Part shown: one piece after another, positions 1 through 8,507 of the stretch | Layout: every line of letters starts with the position of its first letter | How positions within the stretch are numbered: the first letter of the stretch is position 1 | Assembly (NCBI GenBank): GCA_963729625.1 | Contig: CAVSOU010000014.1 | Location: 5,096 to 69,095, forward strand | Source of the DNA: an uncultured bacterium | GTDB lineage: Bacteria; Chloroflexota; UBA5177; JANWHV01 | DNA length: 64,000 nucleotides | Reading direction: 5' to 3' | The notes under the pieces: generated by a model | Told to the model about the DNA's origin: nothing | Seen by the model: the letters and a program-made list of their open reading frames with translations, nothing else | Database searches by the model: none | Made by a program: the position numbers and the translations under genes

Positions 1-681
1 CCAGTACCGTACTACTACAGACGAGGTTCAGCCGCCAGTCGTCTTTGCCCCTCCGACTTGAGCGCCGGCCTTTTTGACGGCGCCCGAATCCTGCACTGTA
101 CGGGCATAACACCGATCCTGAGTTCCGAGTGCCGGGATGCGGTCCGCCAGGCCATCGCGCTCGCTCGCCAGCGGCAAATTCGAATCAGCTTCGATCCGAA
201 TCTGCGCCTCCGCTTGACCACGATCGAGCACGCGCGCGAGACGCTGCTTCCCCTGCTTCACGAGGCCGACATCGTGCTTGCCGGTCTGCACGAAATGCGC
301 CTTCTGCTGGACGAGGATGAACCGATTACCCTGGCCTCGCGCCTTCGCGAGGAGTTCGCGGTTGACGAGATCGTATTCAAGGACGGCGCGCGAGGCGCAA
401 TAGTCGTCTCGCGTGCGGGTCACCTGGTCGGAGTGCCCCCGGTGACCGTAGGCCCGGAGGTCGATCCGACAGGCGCCGGCGATGCGTTCGATTCCGGATA
501 CCTTGCCGGGAGGCTGCGTGGAATGTCGCGCGTCGATGCGGCCCAGATTGGCGCGATAATGGGAGGCTTTGCCGTTGCACATCTGGGCGACTACGAGAAT
601 CTGCCGACCTGGGACGTTGTGCAAACGTATCTCCGGCACAACGCCGGCCCGGGCACGGGGACGCGTGCCGCCGCACTTTAA
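1..681 (+). CDS. kdgK: 2-dehydro-3-deoxygluconokinase-like PfkB sugar kinase (5' end lies outside window)
   Basis: Frame 1 is open from base 1 (PVPYYYRRGSAAS...). The C-terminal PfkB signature DPTGAGDAFDSGYLAG is present. The gene is followed by eda. Confidence 0.8.
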   Translation, partial: PVPYYYRRGSAASRLCPSDLSAGLFDGARILHCTGITPILSSECRDAVRQAIALARQRQIRISFDPNLRLRLTTIEHARETLLPLLHEADIVLAGLHEMRLLLDEDEPITLASRLREEFAVDEIVFKDGARGAIVVSRAGHLVGVPPVTVGPEVDPTGAGDAFDSGYLAGRLRGMSRVDAAQIGAIMGGFAVAHLGDYENLPTWDVVQTYLRHNAGPGTGTRAAAL

Positions 682-787
682 GCCCGGGCTCGAGAGGGTC
701 GATGATGTACGATCGCACCAGTGTGCGAGCAACGACGGACATGTGCCGTGCCCCTGCGCCGGCGCACGTGAATTGCGGAGGTCACCC

Positions 788-1429
788 GTGCAAGCCAGTC
801 ACGACCTGGTAGGACGAGCGCTCGCCTCGCGGATTGTTGCCATTGTCAGACTTGCTCGAGAGTCACCTCTGGTCGAGATCGCTGAGGCGCTGGTCGAGGG
901 CGGATTGCGGACGATAGAGTTCACTCTGACCACACCTGGAGCACTCGACGCCGTATCGGCGTGCCGGGCGCGTTTCGGCGATCGCGCGCTGATCGGCGCC
1001 GGGACCGTGCTCGATGCCGCGGATGCCCGACGATGTACGGCCGCCGGCGCTCAGCTGGTTGTGGCGCCGGACTTCAATCCCGAGGTCGTCGCGGAAGCGT
1101 TGCGCGGAGGAGCGCTGGCGATACCGGGCGCGCTTACGCCGACCGAAATCGTGACCGCATGGCGGTCGGGGGCCAGCTTGGTCAAGGTTTTCCCTGCACG
1201 CGCGCTTGGACCTCAGTACATCGCGGATATTCTGGCGCCGTTGCCCCATATCCTGTTGATGGCGACTGGGGGAGTGCATCAAGACAATGTTGCAGCGTTT
1301 GTTCGCGCGGGAGCGGCAGCCGTCGCCGTAGGCGGTAACCTTGTCGACAGGGACGTGGTCGAGCGGCGCGACTGGCGTGCGCTGTCGGAGCGCGCGCGCT
1401 CGCTGGTCGACGCAGTGCGCGAACTCTAG
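788..1429 (+). CDS. eda: 2-dehydro-3-deoxyphosphogluconate / 4-hydroxy-2-oxoglutarate aldolase
   Basis: GTG at 788 follows GGAGG at 777-781. The translation (IVAIVRL, GLRTIEFTLTTPGA, GAGTVL, KVFPA, ATGGV) is typical of KDPG aldolase. The longer ORF from 569 overlaps kdgK and its N-terminus looks non-coding. Confidence 0.85.
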   Translation: MQASHDLVGRALASRIVAIVRLARESPLVEIAEALVEGGLRTIEFTLTTPGALDAVSACRARFGDRALIGAGTVLDAADARRCTAAGAQLVVAPDFNPEVVAEALRGGALAIPGALTPTEIVTAWRSGASLVKVFPARALGPQYIADILAPLPHILLMATGGVHQDNVAAFVRAGAAAVAVGGNLVDRDVVERRDWRALSERARSLVDAVREL

Positions 1430-1482
1430 GCGCACGCAATATCTTCAGCGTGGTGTGGTCACAGGAAATCAGGGAGGCGCAC

Positions 1483-2652
1483 GTGAAAATCGTCGATATT
1501 CGAACGTACATTGCCGGCAATAGCTGGAAGAATTGGGTCTTCACACGAGTTGACACGGACGAAGGCGTGCATGGAATCGGCGAGGCGACGCTCAACGGCT
1601 TTGCAAAGACGGCCGAGGCGGCGGTGCACGAGCTCAAGCAACATGTGCTCGGCCGCGATCCGTTCGACGTGCAGGAGCATACGCTCCGGATGTTTCGAGA
1701 CGTGTTCTCCGACGGCGGACAGATCCACGGCGCTGCTCTGGCAGGCATCGAGTATGCATGCTGGGACATTATGGGTAAGGTGACCGGGCAACCGGTCTAC
1801 AGACTGCTGGGCGGTCGCTGCCATGAGCGGCTCCGCGTCTACGCGAATGGCTGGTACCGCGGACCTCGGGAGCCCCGAAGCTTCTACGACAAGGCGAAGG
1901 CCACCGTGGCACGGGGCTACACGGCCTTGAAGTTCGATCCGTTTGGTGATTCCTGGCGGGCAGTCGAGCCAAAAGACTTCGCATTGGCGCTGGAGATAAT
2001 CGCTGCGGTGCGCGACGCGGTGGGTCCCGATGTCGACGTGCTTGTCGAAGGCCACAATCGATTCAGCGTGCACACGGCGATTCAGTTCGCGGAGGCCATG
2101 GCAGGCTACATGCCGACCTGGTTTGAAGCGCCCGTCGCTCCGCAGCGGGTGTCCGCGATGGTCGAGGTGGCGAAGCGCAGCCCCGTGCCCATCGCGTGCG
2201 GCGAGGACTACTATTGTCCCGAGCAGTTTGCCGAATTGCTCCAGCACAATGCCGTGAACATTATCCAGCTCGAGCCTCAGTTCCTCGGTATGACGAACGC
2301 GCGCACGGTCGCGGGAATGGTGCACGCGTACGGCGGCGTCACCGCGCCGCACAGCGCGCAGGGTCCGCTGTGCTCCGTGGCTGCGGCCCATCTCAATACG
2401 GCGACGCCGAATTTCTTCATCCATGAGATATTCGACGACTTCAACGACGAATGGTCGGGTCGGGTGCTCACCAACCCGGTGCAGGTTATCGACGGATACA
2501 TCAGCGTCTCTTCGGATCGTCCTGGTTGGGGTACCGATCTCAACTACGACGAAATCGCGCTCCATCCCTACAGTCCCGCCAATTACATCCCGTTGTTTCG
2601 ACGCGGATGGGAGTATCGGAGATCGGTGTCGTCGATTCCAGGGCCGGATTGA
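1483..2652 (+). CDS. Enolase-superfamily (mandelate racemase/muconate lactonizing family) sugar-acid dehydratase, galactonate/mannonate-dehydratase-like
   Basis: GTG at 1483 follows GGGAGG at 1472-1477. The N-terminal capping domain reads KIVDIRTY...VFTRVDTDEGVHGIGEAT. GIEYACWDIMGK, the LKFDPFG barrel strand and a ~390-aa length fit the acid-sugar dehydratase subgroup. Confidence 0.8.
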   Translation: MKIVDIRTYIAGNSWKNWVFTRVDTDEGVHGIGEATLNGFAKTAEAAVHELKQHVLGRDPFDVQEHTLRMFRDVFSDGGQIHGAALAGIEYACWDIMGKVTGQPVYRLLGGRCHERLRVYANGWYRGPREPRSFYDKAKATVARGYTALKFDPFGDSWRAVEPKDFALALEIIAAVRDAVGPDVDVLVEGHNRFSVHTAIQFAEAMAGYMPTWFEAPVAPQRVSAMVEVAKRSPVPIACGEDYYCPEQFAELLQHNAVNIIQLEPQFLGMTNARTVAGMVHAYGGVTAPHSAQGPLCSVAAAHLNTATPNFFIHEIFDDFNDEWSGRVLTNPVQVIDGYISVSSDRPGWGTDLNYDEIALHPYSPANYIPLFRRGWEYRRSVSSIPGPD

Positions 2653-2697
2653 CACGCGTTGATGCCGCACAATTGAGTGCCGGCGGATGCCCAGAGG

Positions 2698-3882
2698 TCA
2701 GCGGCCGGCCGCGGCGCGCCGCGCGGGCGGACCAATCGAGCCGCTGTCCCTGAGTCTCATCGGCAGCAGCACGGTGCGTGGGGGCTTACCGGAGAGCATC
2801 TCCTGCAGCAGTGCGACGGCCGTTCGACCGATCTCCTCCGCCTGCTGCACGCCGCAGGTGGCAGCCGGCAGAGCCAGCGGGATGGCTTCAAGCGGATCGA
2901 TGCTCACAAACGAGATGTCTTCCGGGATTCTCAGACCCAGGCACTCGATTGCGCGAAATGCGACGAGGGCAAGGAATGCGTTGGTGGCGTAGACTGCCGA
3001 CACCTCCGGGCGGTCCCGCAGATACTCGGCGAACGCGCGTACAACGTGTTCCGAGGGCTCCCACATTGACCCCTCCTCCTCGGTGGCGACCACGTAGTGC
3101 AACGAGTAGTCTACCGGCACGCCGGCGAGCGTCAGGGCGCGAACGTAGCCTCTCACGCGATCCTCGATCGTCGACGTATGGCCCGGCGGAAACGTGACCA
3201 TGCAAATGCGCCGGTGGCCGGCGTTCAACAACGATTGCACCAGCTCCCGCGAGCCGCCTTCGTTGTCGCTCGAAACGACGGCGCAGCGTACGCCGCGCAG
3301 GTAGCGGTCCACCAGCACCACCGGATAGTTCCCAAGCACGAGCCGAAGAACCTCGGCGTTGTAGCTCTCGCCGTCCTGTATGAAGATCATGATTCCCGAC
3401 GCGCCTTCTGCCACCGCATCGCGGATGGCGGCGCCCTCGTCTTCGTGGGTCTCGCCGCTTCGGCCAAGCAAAAGCCCAAACCCTGCTTCGTGAACGCCCT
3501 TTTGCACCCCTTGCAGGATCCCCAAATTGAAGGTTGTTTCGATGCGACGCACGATCCAGGCCACTAACGGGCGGGGTACGGCTCGTGCATACTGGGCGCC
3601 CGCCTGCACTATCGTTCCTCGGCGTGGCGCTCGTGTCACGAAACCGCCTCGCGCCAGCTCGGATAGCGCCGAGGCGGCCGTGACCCGGCTCACATGATGC
3701 TCGCGCGCCAGCTCCATTTCCGTCGGCAGGCGATCGCCGGGCTGATAGACGCCGCCAATGATAGCGTCTTTGAGCGAGTCGGCGATTTGCCGGAAGCGGG
3801 CCTGGCCGCCCGCGCGTGCAGTCACTCTATTTGCCTTAGCAAATACCTCTGGTGCCGAATCGATCTCCAACAGCTTGACCAC
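2698..3882 (-). CDS. GntR-family HTH regulator fused to a periplasmic-binding-fold (LacI-like) sugar-sensing domain
   Basis: The N-terminus (FRQIADSLKDAIIGGVYQPGDRLPTEMELAREHHVSRVTAASALSELARGGFV) is a GntR winged helix. The remainder resembles a PBP type-1 sugar-binding fold. The start is uncertain: GTG 3882, or GTG 3825. Confidence 0.8.
   Translation of the reverse strand: MVKLLEIDSAPEVFAKANRVTARAGGQARFRQIADSLKDAIIGGVYQPGDRLPTEMELAREHHVSRVTAASALSELARGGFVTRAPRRGTIVQAGAQYARAVPRPLVAWIVRRIETTFNLGILQGVQKGVHEAGFGLLLGRSGETHEDEGAAIRDAVAEGASGIMIFIQDGESYNAEVLRLVLGNYPVVLVDRYLRGVRCAVVSSDNEGGSRELVQSLLNAGHRRICMVTFPPGHTSTIEDRVRGYVRALTLAGVPVDYSLHYVVATEEEGSMWEPSEHVVRAFAEYLRDRPEVSAVYATNAFLALVAFRAIECLGLRIPEDISFVSIDPLEAIPLALPAATCGVQQAEEIGRTAVALLQEMLSGKPPRTVLLPMRLRDSGSIGPPARRAAAGR
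3828..3845. promoter_or_regulatory. 18-bp perfect palindrome TATTTGC-CTTA-GCAAATA (candidate operator, site 1)
   Basis: Read directly from the sequence. It has 7-bp inverted arms and a 4-bp spacer. It lies at the 5' end of the regulator ORF, or just upstream if GTG 3825 is the true start. Confidence 0.45.
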
Positions 3883-3949
3883 CTACTCTTGACAACTCCC
3901 CACAGTATAGACTAGACTGCCGTCGTTGCGGATAAGCGTAACGCACGGA

Positions 3950-3967
3950 TATTTGCTAAGGCAAATA
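3950..3967. promoter_or_regulatory. 18-bp perfect palindrome TATTTGC-TAAG-GCAAATA (candidate operator, site 2)
   Basis: This is the exact reverse complement of site 1, with centres 122 bp apart. It lies in the divergent intergenic region about 150 bp upstream of the ABC binding-protein start. Confidence 0.45.
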
Positions 3968-4116
3968 GTCGAGATCGGCAGACTGGAGAGGAGGTGGCGG
4001 TCGCAGCCAGGCAAGGATTGTGGTGGCCGTCGGCCACCATGCACCATGTACAGGTCCGCGCGGCGCATTGTCGCCTGTTCGGAATATGCCTTGTCAGCCC
4101 GTCGTGAGGAGAGAGA

Positions 4117-5493
4117 ATGAAAAGCGTTCGCACGAAGCTAGCGCGTTTCGCACTACTTGGAGTGTTCGTCGTTCCCGGCTTGATGTTTCAGTCAAGCGAG
4201 AGAATTCACGCTGCCAGCCCGGTAACCATCACGGTTGCCTTCGAGGAGCAGGGGTCCCGTCGCAGGCTTCGCAGGACCTAAAGTGGTGGAACCAGATTAT
4301 CCCCGCCATCGAGGCGGCAAACCCCAACATCAAGATCAAGACCGAGGTGATCGTCGCGTCCGAAGGTGACTACTATACGAAGGTCGACCTGATGATGCGC
4401 TCGGCCAGCACCGCGCCCGACCTGGTGAAGGAAGACAGCTTCCTGGTAGGCTCGGACGCCACGGCCGGTTACTTGACCCCGCTGAACAAGTATCTGGCGA
4501 CGTGGCCGGAGTACAAAACGCAGTTCTATCCGGGCATGCAGTCGATCACCACGTTCAAGGGCGTGAACTACGGGGTGATGAACGGCACGGACGTGCGCGG
4601 CATCTGGTACAACAAGCACGTCTTCGCCAAGGCCGGTATTCCCGACCCCCTGGCAGCCCAAGAACTGGGCCGATATTCTGTCCGCCGCCCGCACGATCAA
4701 GGCGAAAGTGCCCGGCGTGGTGCCGATGAACCTCTACTCGGGCATCCCGATGGACGAGGCATCGTCCATGCAGGGCTTCGAGATGCTGCTCTACGGAACC
4801 AAGGACCCGCTCTACGACTACAAGACGAACAAGTGGGTCGCATCCAGCCAGGGTTTCCTGGATGCCCTCAATTTCGTGCAGACCGTCTACAATCCCAAGG
4901 ACCTGCTTGGGCCCGACCGACGACATCGCACTGAGCGGCCTCGCCTGGTCACCGATTCAGCTGCAGCTTTTGCCGAAGGACAAGCTGGGGATCGACATCG
5001 ACGGCTCATGGGTGCCTGGCACCTGGGCGTCGACTGGCGCAGCGCCCTGGCCGCAGTGGCAGTCGGTCATGGGCATGGCCAAGATGCCGACCGAGTTCGG
5101 GCAGGCCCCCTACTTCGTGACGCTGTCCGGCGGCTGGGCCTACTCCATCAGCCGCCAAGAGCCCCAACAAGGACGCGGCCTGGACGGTGACTCCAGGCGG
5201 CGAATAGCGCGCAGAACCTGGCCCTGTTCGACGTGCTTGTGGGCAACATCGGCGTGCGCAAGGATGAGTCGACCATCCCGTCCTACGCGGCGATTCCGAT
5301 GAATCCGTTGTTCACCAGCTTCGTCGCCTTCACGCAGTTCCGGCCCGGCTTCCCGGCCTATCCGAAGATCTCCAACCAGATCGACCTGGCCATGGAGAAC
5401 GTGATGTCCGGCACGAGCCCCAAGGATGCCATGTCGTATTACGCCTCAGCGGTGCAAGGCATCGCCGGCACAGCCAACGTCGAAACGCGCTGA
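4117..5493 (+). pseudogene. CUT1-type sugar ABC transporter substrate-binding protein, disrupted by about 5 frameshifts
   Basis: ATG 4117 follows GAGGAGAG. The signal peptide reads MKSVRTKLARFALLGVFVVPGLMF. Recognisable protein sequence continues only by switching frames near 4251-4256, 4646-4651, 4908-4918, 5150-5157 and 5188-5197. The last segment ends ...AMSYYASAVQGIAGTANVETR*. Confidence 0.75.
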
Positions 5494-5529
5494 GTCGGCA
5501 GCCTGCTAGGATCGATCGGGCAGTGGGCG

Positions 5530-5557
5530 GTCCCCGTTCCGCAGTGGCGACGGGGAC
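5530..5557 (+). other. Intercistronic stem-loop (8-bp stem GTCCCCGT/ACGGGGAC, 12-nt loop)
   Basis: Read directly. It lies between the binding-protein stop (5493) and the permease start (5608), a position common for mRNA-stabilising hairpins in ABC operons. Confidence 0.4.
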
Positions 5558-5607
5558 TTCCATGCCGGAAGCTTGCGCCATCATCGCGATCGAGGAGGAG
5601 TACGGCG

Positions 5608-6543
5608 TTGCAGGCCGATCGTCCAGCCACTCCGGCGCTGCGCGATGCACCGGCCGCGCCGGCTTCAAGCTGGGCATGCTGTTCTTGCTGCCCGCCTTCC
5701 TGGTTCTGGCCGTGTTCTTTCTGGGCCCGGCGGTGTACGCGGTCTACGTCGGCTTCACCAACATGTCCCTCACGGGTATCGGCGCGGCGACTCCGTCCTG
5801 GGTCGGCCTGGACAACCTCCATCAGATTCTGAGCGACCACCAATTCTTCGACTCCCTTCGCGATCTCGTTGACCTATCTGGTGGGCTCGGCGCTGATCGG
5901 TCAGGCCGCGCTGGGCATGCTGCTGGCTCTTTTGATGAAGAACCGGCGCCCGGTGTTTAAGACCGATTCTGGGCGGCATCATCGTGGCCTGCTGGGTGAT
6001 CCCCGACGTGGTGGCAGGGTACCTGTGGTTTGCCTTCCTCCACGCCGACCTGATGGGTCTCGGCACGGGAAGCGGGCTCTTCAACTCCATCGTCGGCGTG
6101 TTCGGCGTCCCGCAGCGCGCCTGGCTGCAGGACTTACCCATGGCCTCGATTATCGTGGCCAACACGTGGCGTGGTACAGCCTTTTCCATGCTGTTGTACG
6201 CTTCGGCCCTGGAGGGCATCTCCCCCGAGCTTCTGGAAGCTGCCTCGATCGACGGGGCGGGACTATGGGCGAGGGTGCGCAAGATCATCTTGCCGATGCT
6301 CAAGGGGACCATTGCCACGGATCTGCTGCTGATCACGCTGGCCACCCTCTCCGACTTCACCCTCGTCATGGTGCTGACCGGTGGTGGTCCGGGCTTCGAT
6401 ACCCAATTGCTGACGATCTACATGTACCAGCACGCGTTCAAGTTCTATGAGCTGGGCTACGGCACGGCAATAGCTCTGCTGATCATTCTGGCGGGCGCGA
6501 CCTGTCCCTTCTGTACATTCGCGTTTTGCGCGTGGAAGTGTAG
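5608..6543 (+). pseudogene. ABC sugar transporter permease 1 (MalF/UgpA-like), disrupted by about 4 frameshifts
   Basis: TTG 5608 follows GGAGGAG at 5593-5600. Permease-like sequence (FKLGMLFLLPAFLVLAVFF; LTYLVGSALIGQAALGMLLALLM; ACWVIPDVVAGYLWFAF...EAASIDGAGLWARVRKIILPML) requires frame switches near 5645-5665, 5850-5860, 5960-5970 and 6495-6502. Confidence 0.7.
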
Positions 6544-6554
6544 GAGGCGATGCC

Positions 6555-7386
6555 GTGAGACACCGTACGATTCGCTCCCGGCGCGGCCGGTCGCGTACGC
6601 GCATCCTGACCGTGCTTGGCCTCTTCTTCGTGCTGCCGTTCATCTGGGTCATCGTGGCCAGCTTCACCTTGAACGCCAACCTTGGCACGGTCTGGTTCAC
6701 CGGCTTCAGCCTCGACAACTTCCGCTACCTGATCGACAACGGCTACATGGAACGGCTTCAAGCAACAGCATCGTGCTGGGGGTCAGCACGATGGTGCTGA
6801 TGGTCGTGCTGAGCTGCGGGGCGGGCTATACGCTGTCGCGCTACCATTTTCGCTTCAAGCAGACGGTGATGCTCTTGATTCTGTTCTGCACCGGCCTTCC
6901 CGTTCTGGCTTTGATATTCCCTCTGTATGCACTGTATGTTCGCCTGAACCTGATCGACTCGACGCCGGGTGTGGTCCTCTTCTTCGTCGCCTCGGGCCTG
7001 CCGTTCAACATGTGGCTGATGAAGAACTTCCTCGACTCAGTTTCCATAGAGCTGGAAGAGGCGGCCTGGGTCGACGGGTGTTCGACATTCGGCTCGTTCG
7101 TGCGCGTAGTGCTTGCCGCTCTGCGCGCCAGGCATTGCCGTGGTCGGCATTTTCAGTTTCGTCGGCGCCTACACGAACTTCTTCGTGCCGTTCATCATCT
7201 ACAGCAGTGCCGGACAAGTTTCCCGCCTCCGTCGAGCTGTTCAGCCTGTTCGGCAATTACGGTCAGGTCAACTACGCTCAGCTTGCCGCCTACGCCATGA
7301 TGTACGCGCTGCCTGCGGTGGCGCTCTATATGTTTGTTTCGCGCTTCTTCGTCAAGGGTCTCAACGTCGGCGGCACCAAGGGATGA
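6555..7386 (+). pseudogene. ABC sugar transporter permease 2 (MalG/UgpE-like), disrupted by at least 3 frameshifts
   Basis: GTG 6555 follows TAGGAGG. The segments LTVLGLFFVLPFIWVIVASF / NSIVLGVSTMVLMVV...EEAAWVDGCSTFGSF / LPLCAPGIAVVGIFSFVGAYTNFFVPFIIYSSA / DKFPASVELFSLFG...FFVKGLNVGGTKG* lie in different frames. Switches fall near 6745-6765, 7108-7115 and 7205-7215. Confidence 0.7.
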
Positions 7387-8399
7387 GTGCGGGCCGTCTT
7401 GCCGCGATGGTCATCCTCGCGTTCTGTACCGGTCTCTTCCAGGAAACTCCGGTAGTCGCGCGCGCCTGCGTTGCATCGGTTCGGTCGTCGATGGCACTCC
7501 CCGGCCGCGTGGATAGCCTCGCAGCGGCGAGCGCAGGAGGCGTGGCCGTCGCCGAGGTCGGAGCGCGGGGCTCCACCATCATGTATCTGCCGCACGACAC
7601 ACTCGAGGTCGTGACGCTTACGGGCAACGGCTCGGCGCACGCCATTTCCACGCCTCAGTACTCCACTGCGCCCGGACTGGCACGATCCGCGCAGAGCAAA
7701 CTGCTCTACGCGCTTGCCGGGTCCACGCTGTACACGATCAATGGGGCGGATGGTCGCCTGTTGCGCAGGCAGGTGCTGTCGCTGCTGCCGGTCGGTTGGC
7801 CGGCGGCGATCGCCGCCGGGCCGGGTCGGGATCTGTACGTCGTGGGTCAGATAGCGAATGCCGAGGCCGCACAATTGTTCGCTTTCGATGCGGCGCCTGA
7901 CTTTAGCGTGCATGTGCGCTGGCGTGTCGCGCTCGGATATACGCATGCGGGGATCTGGATCGGACAGGCCGGGCGTGACGTACTGGCCGTCTATCTCCCG
8001 GACCAGCACGATTTGAGCGGCACGATCAGCCTGCTGGACACGGCGACAGGGGCACAACGCGCGTCCTACACGGCGCCGATGCCACCCATGGCTGCAGATC
8101 CTGACATCGATAGGCTGTATTTCTCAGGCGCCGGGCATATTGAAGCGCGAAGTCTGAGCACCGGGTCGCTCGCGGCGTCCGTCGATGGTGATCCTCCAAT
8201 GGCAGTTAGCGACATGGACAAAGTGGCATTCGTACGCGCCGGCCGGATTGTGCTGGCCGAGGGAAAGAGTCTCCAACCCACCAAGACAGTTCTGTTTCCC
8301 GAAGGACTGGCGCCTACAGCGCTCGCCTGGCACGGATCGAATTTGCTGGTTGGCAATGCCCATGGCATTGTTCGCCTGAGCCTCGGTGGATGCACGTGA
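7383..8399 (+). CDS. Hypothetical exported protein, possibly beta-propeller-like
   Basis: ATG 7383 overlaps the permease-2 stop (ATGA). The N-terminal hydrophobic segment is MSAGRLAAMVILAFCTGLF. No catalytic motif was recognised. Repeated G-x-LY/ hydrophobic-strand patterns are present. Confidence 0.55.
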   Translation: MSAGRLAAMVILAFCTGLFQETPVVARACVASVRSSMALPGRVDSLAAASAGGVAVAEVGARGSTIMYLPHDTLEVVTLTGNGSAHAISTPQYSTAPGLARSAQSKLLYALAGSTLYTINGADGRLLRRQVLSLLPVGWPAAIAAGPGRDLYVVGQIANAEAAQLFAFDAAPDFSVHVRWRVALGYTHAGIWIGQAGRDVLAVYLPDQHDLSGTISLLDTATGAQRASYTAPMPPMAADPDIDRLYFSGAGHIEARSLSTGSLAASVDGDPPMAVSDMDKVAFVRAGRIVLAEGKSLQPTKTVLFPEGLAPTALAWHGSNLLVGNAHGIVRLSLGGCT

Positions 8400-8507
8400 T
8401 GTGGCTTGGGAGCAAAGCATACAGTACATGGGAGACGGCGTAGGTCGCGGATCTTCGGGAACGTCGCACAACGGGAAGATTGACGGAATGGAGAGGGAGA
8501 GTCGGCG

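Noticed and set aside
28-2670. Large minus-strand ORFs opposite kdgK, eda and the dehydratase (28-732, 863-1435, 1459-2670), and similar ones opposite GH38 (for example 8583-9233, 10272-11132).
   Set aside because: They are typical high-GC antisense open frames with Arg/Pro/Gly-rich nonsense translations. The sense-strand products have unambiguous family signatures.
5984-7300. A 438-aa ORF that looks like the largest gene in the ABC region.
   Set aside because: It is a chimera. One reading frame happens to stay open across the middle of permease 1, the intergenic junction and the middle of permease 2. Its ends are out-of-frame sequence, and the true gene boundaries are 6543 and 6555.
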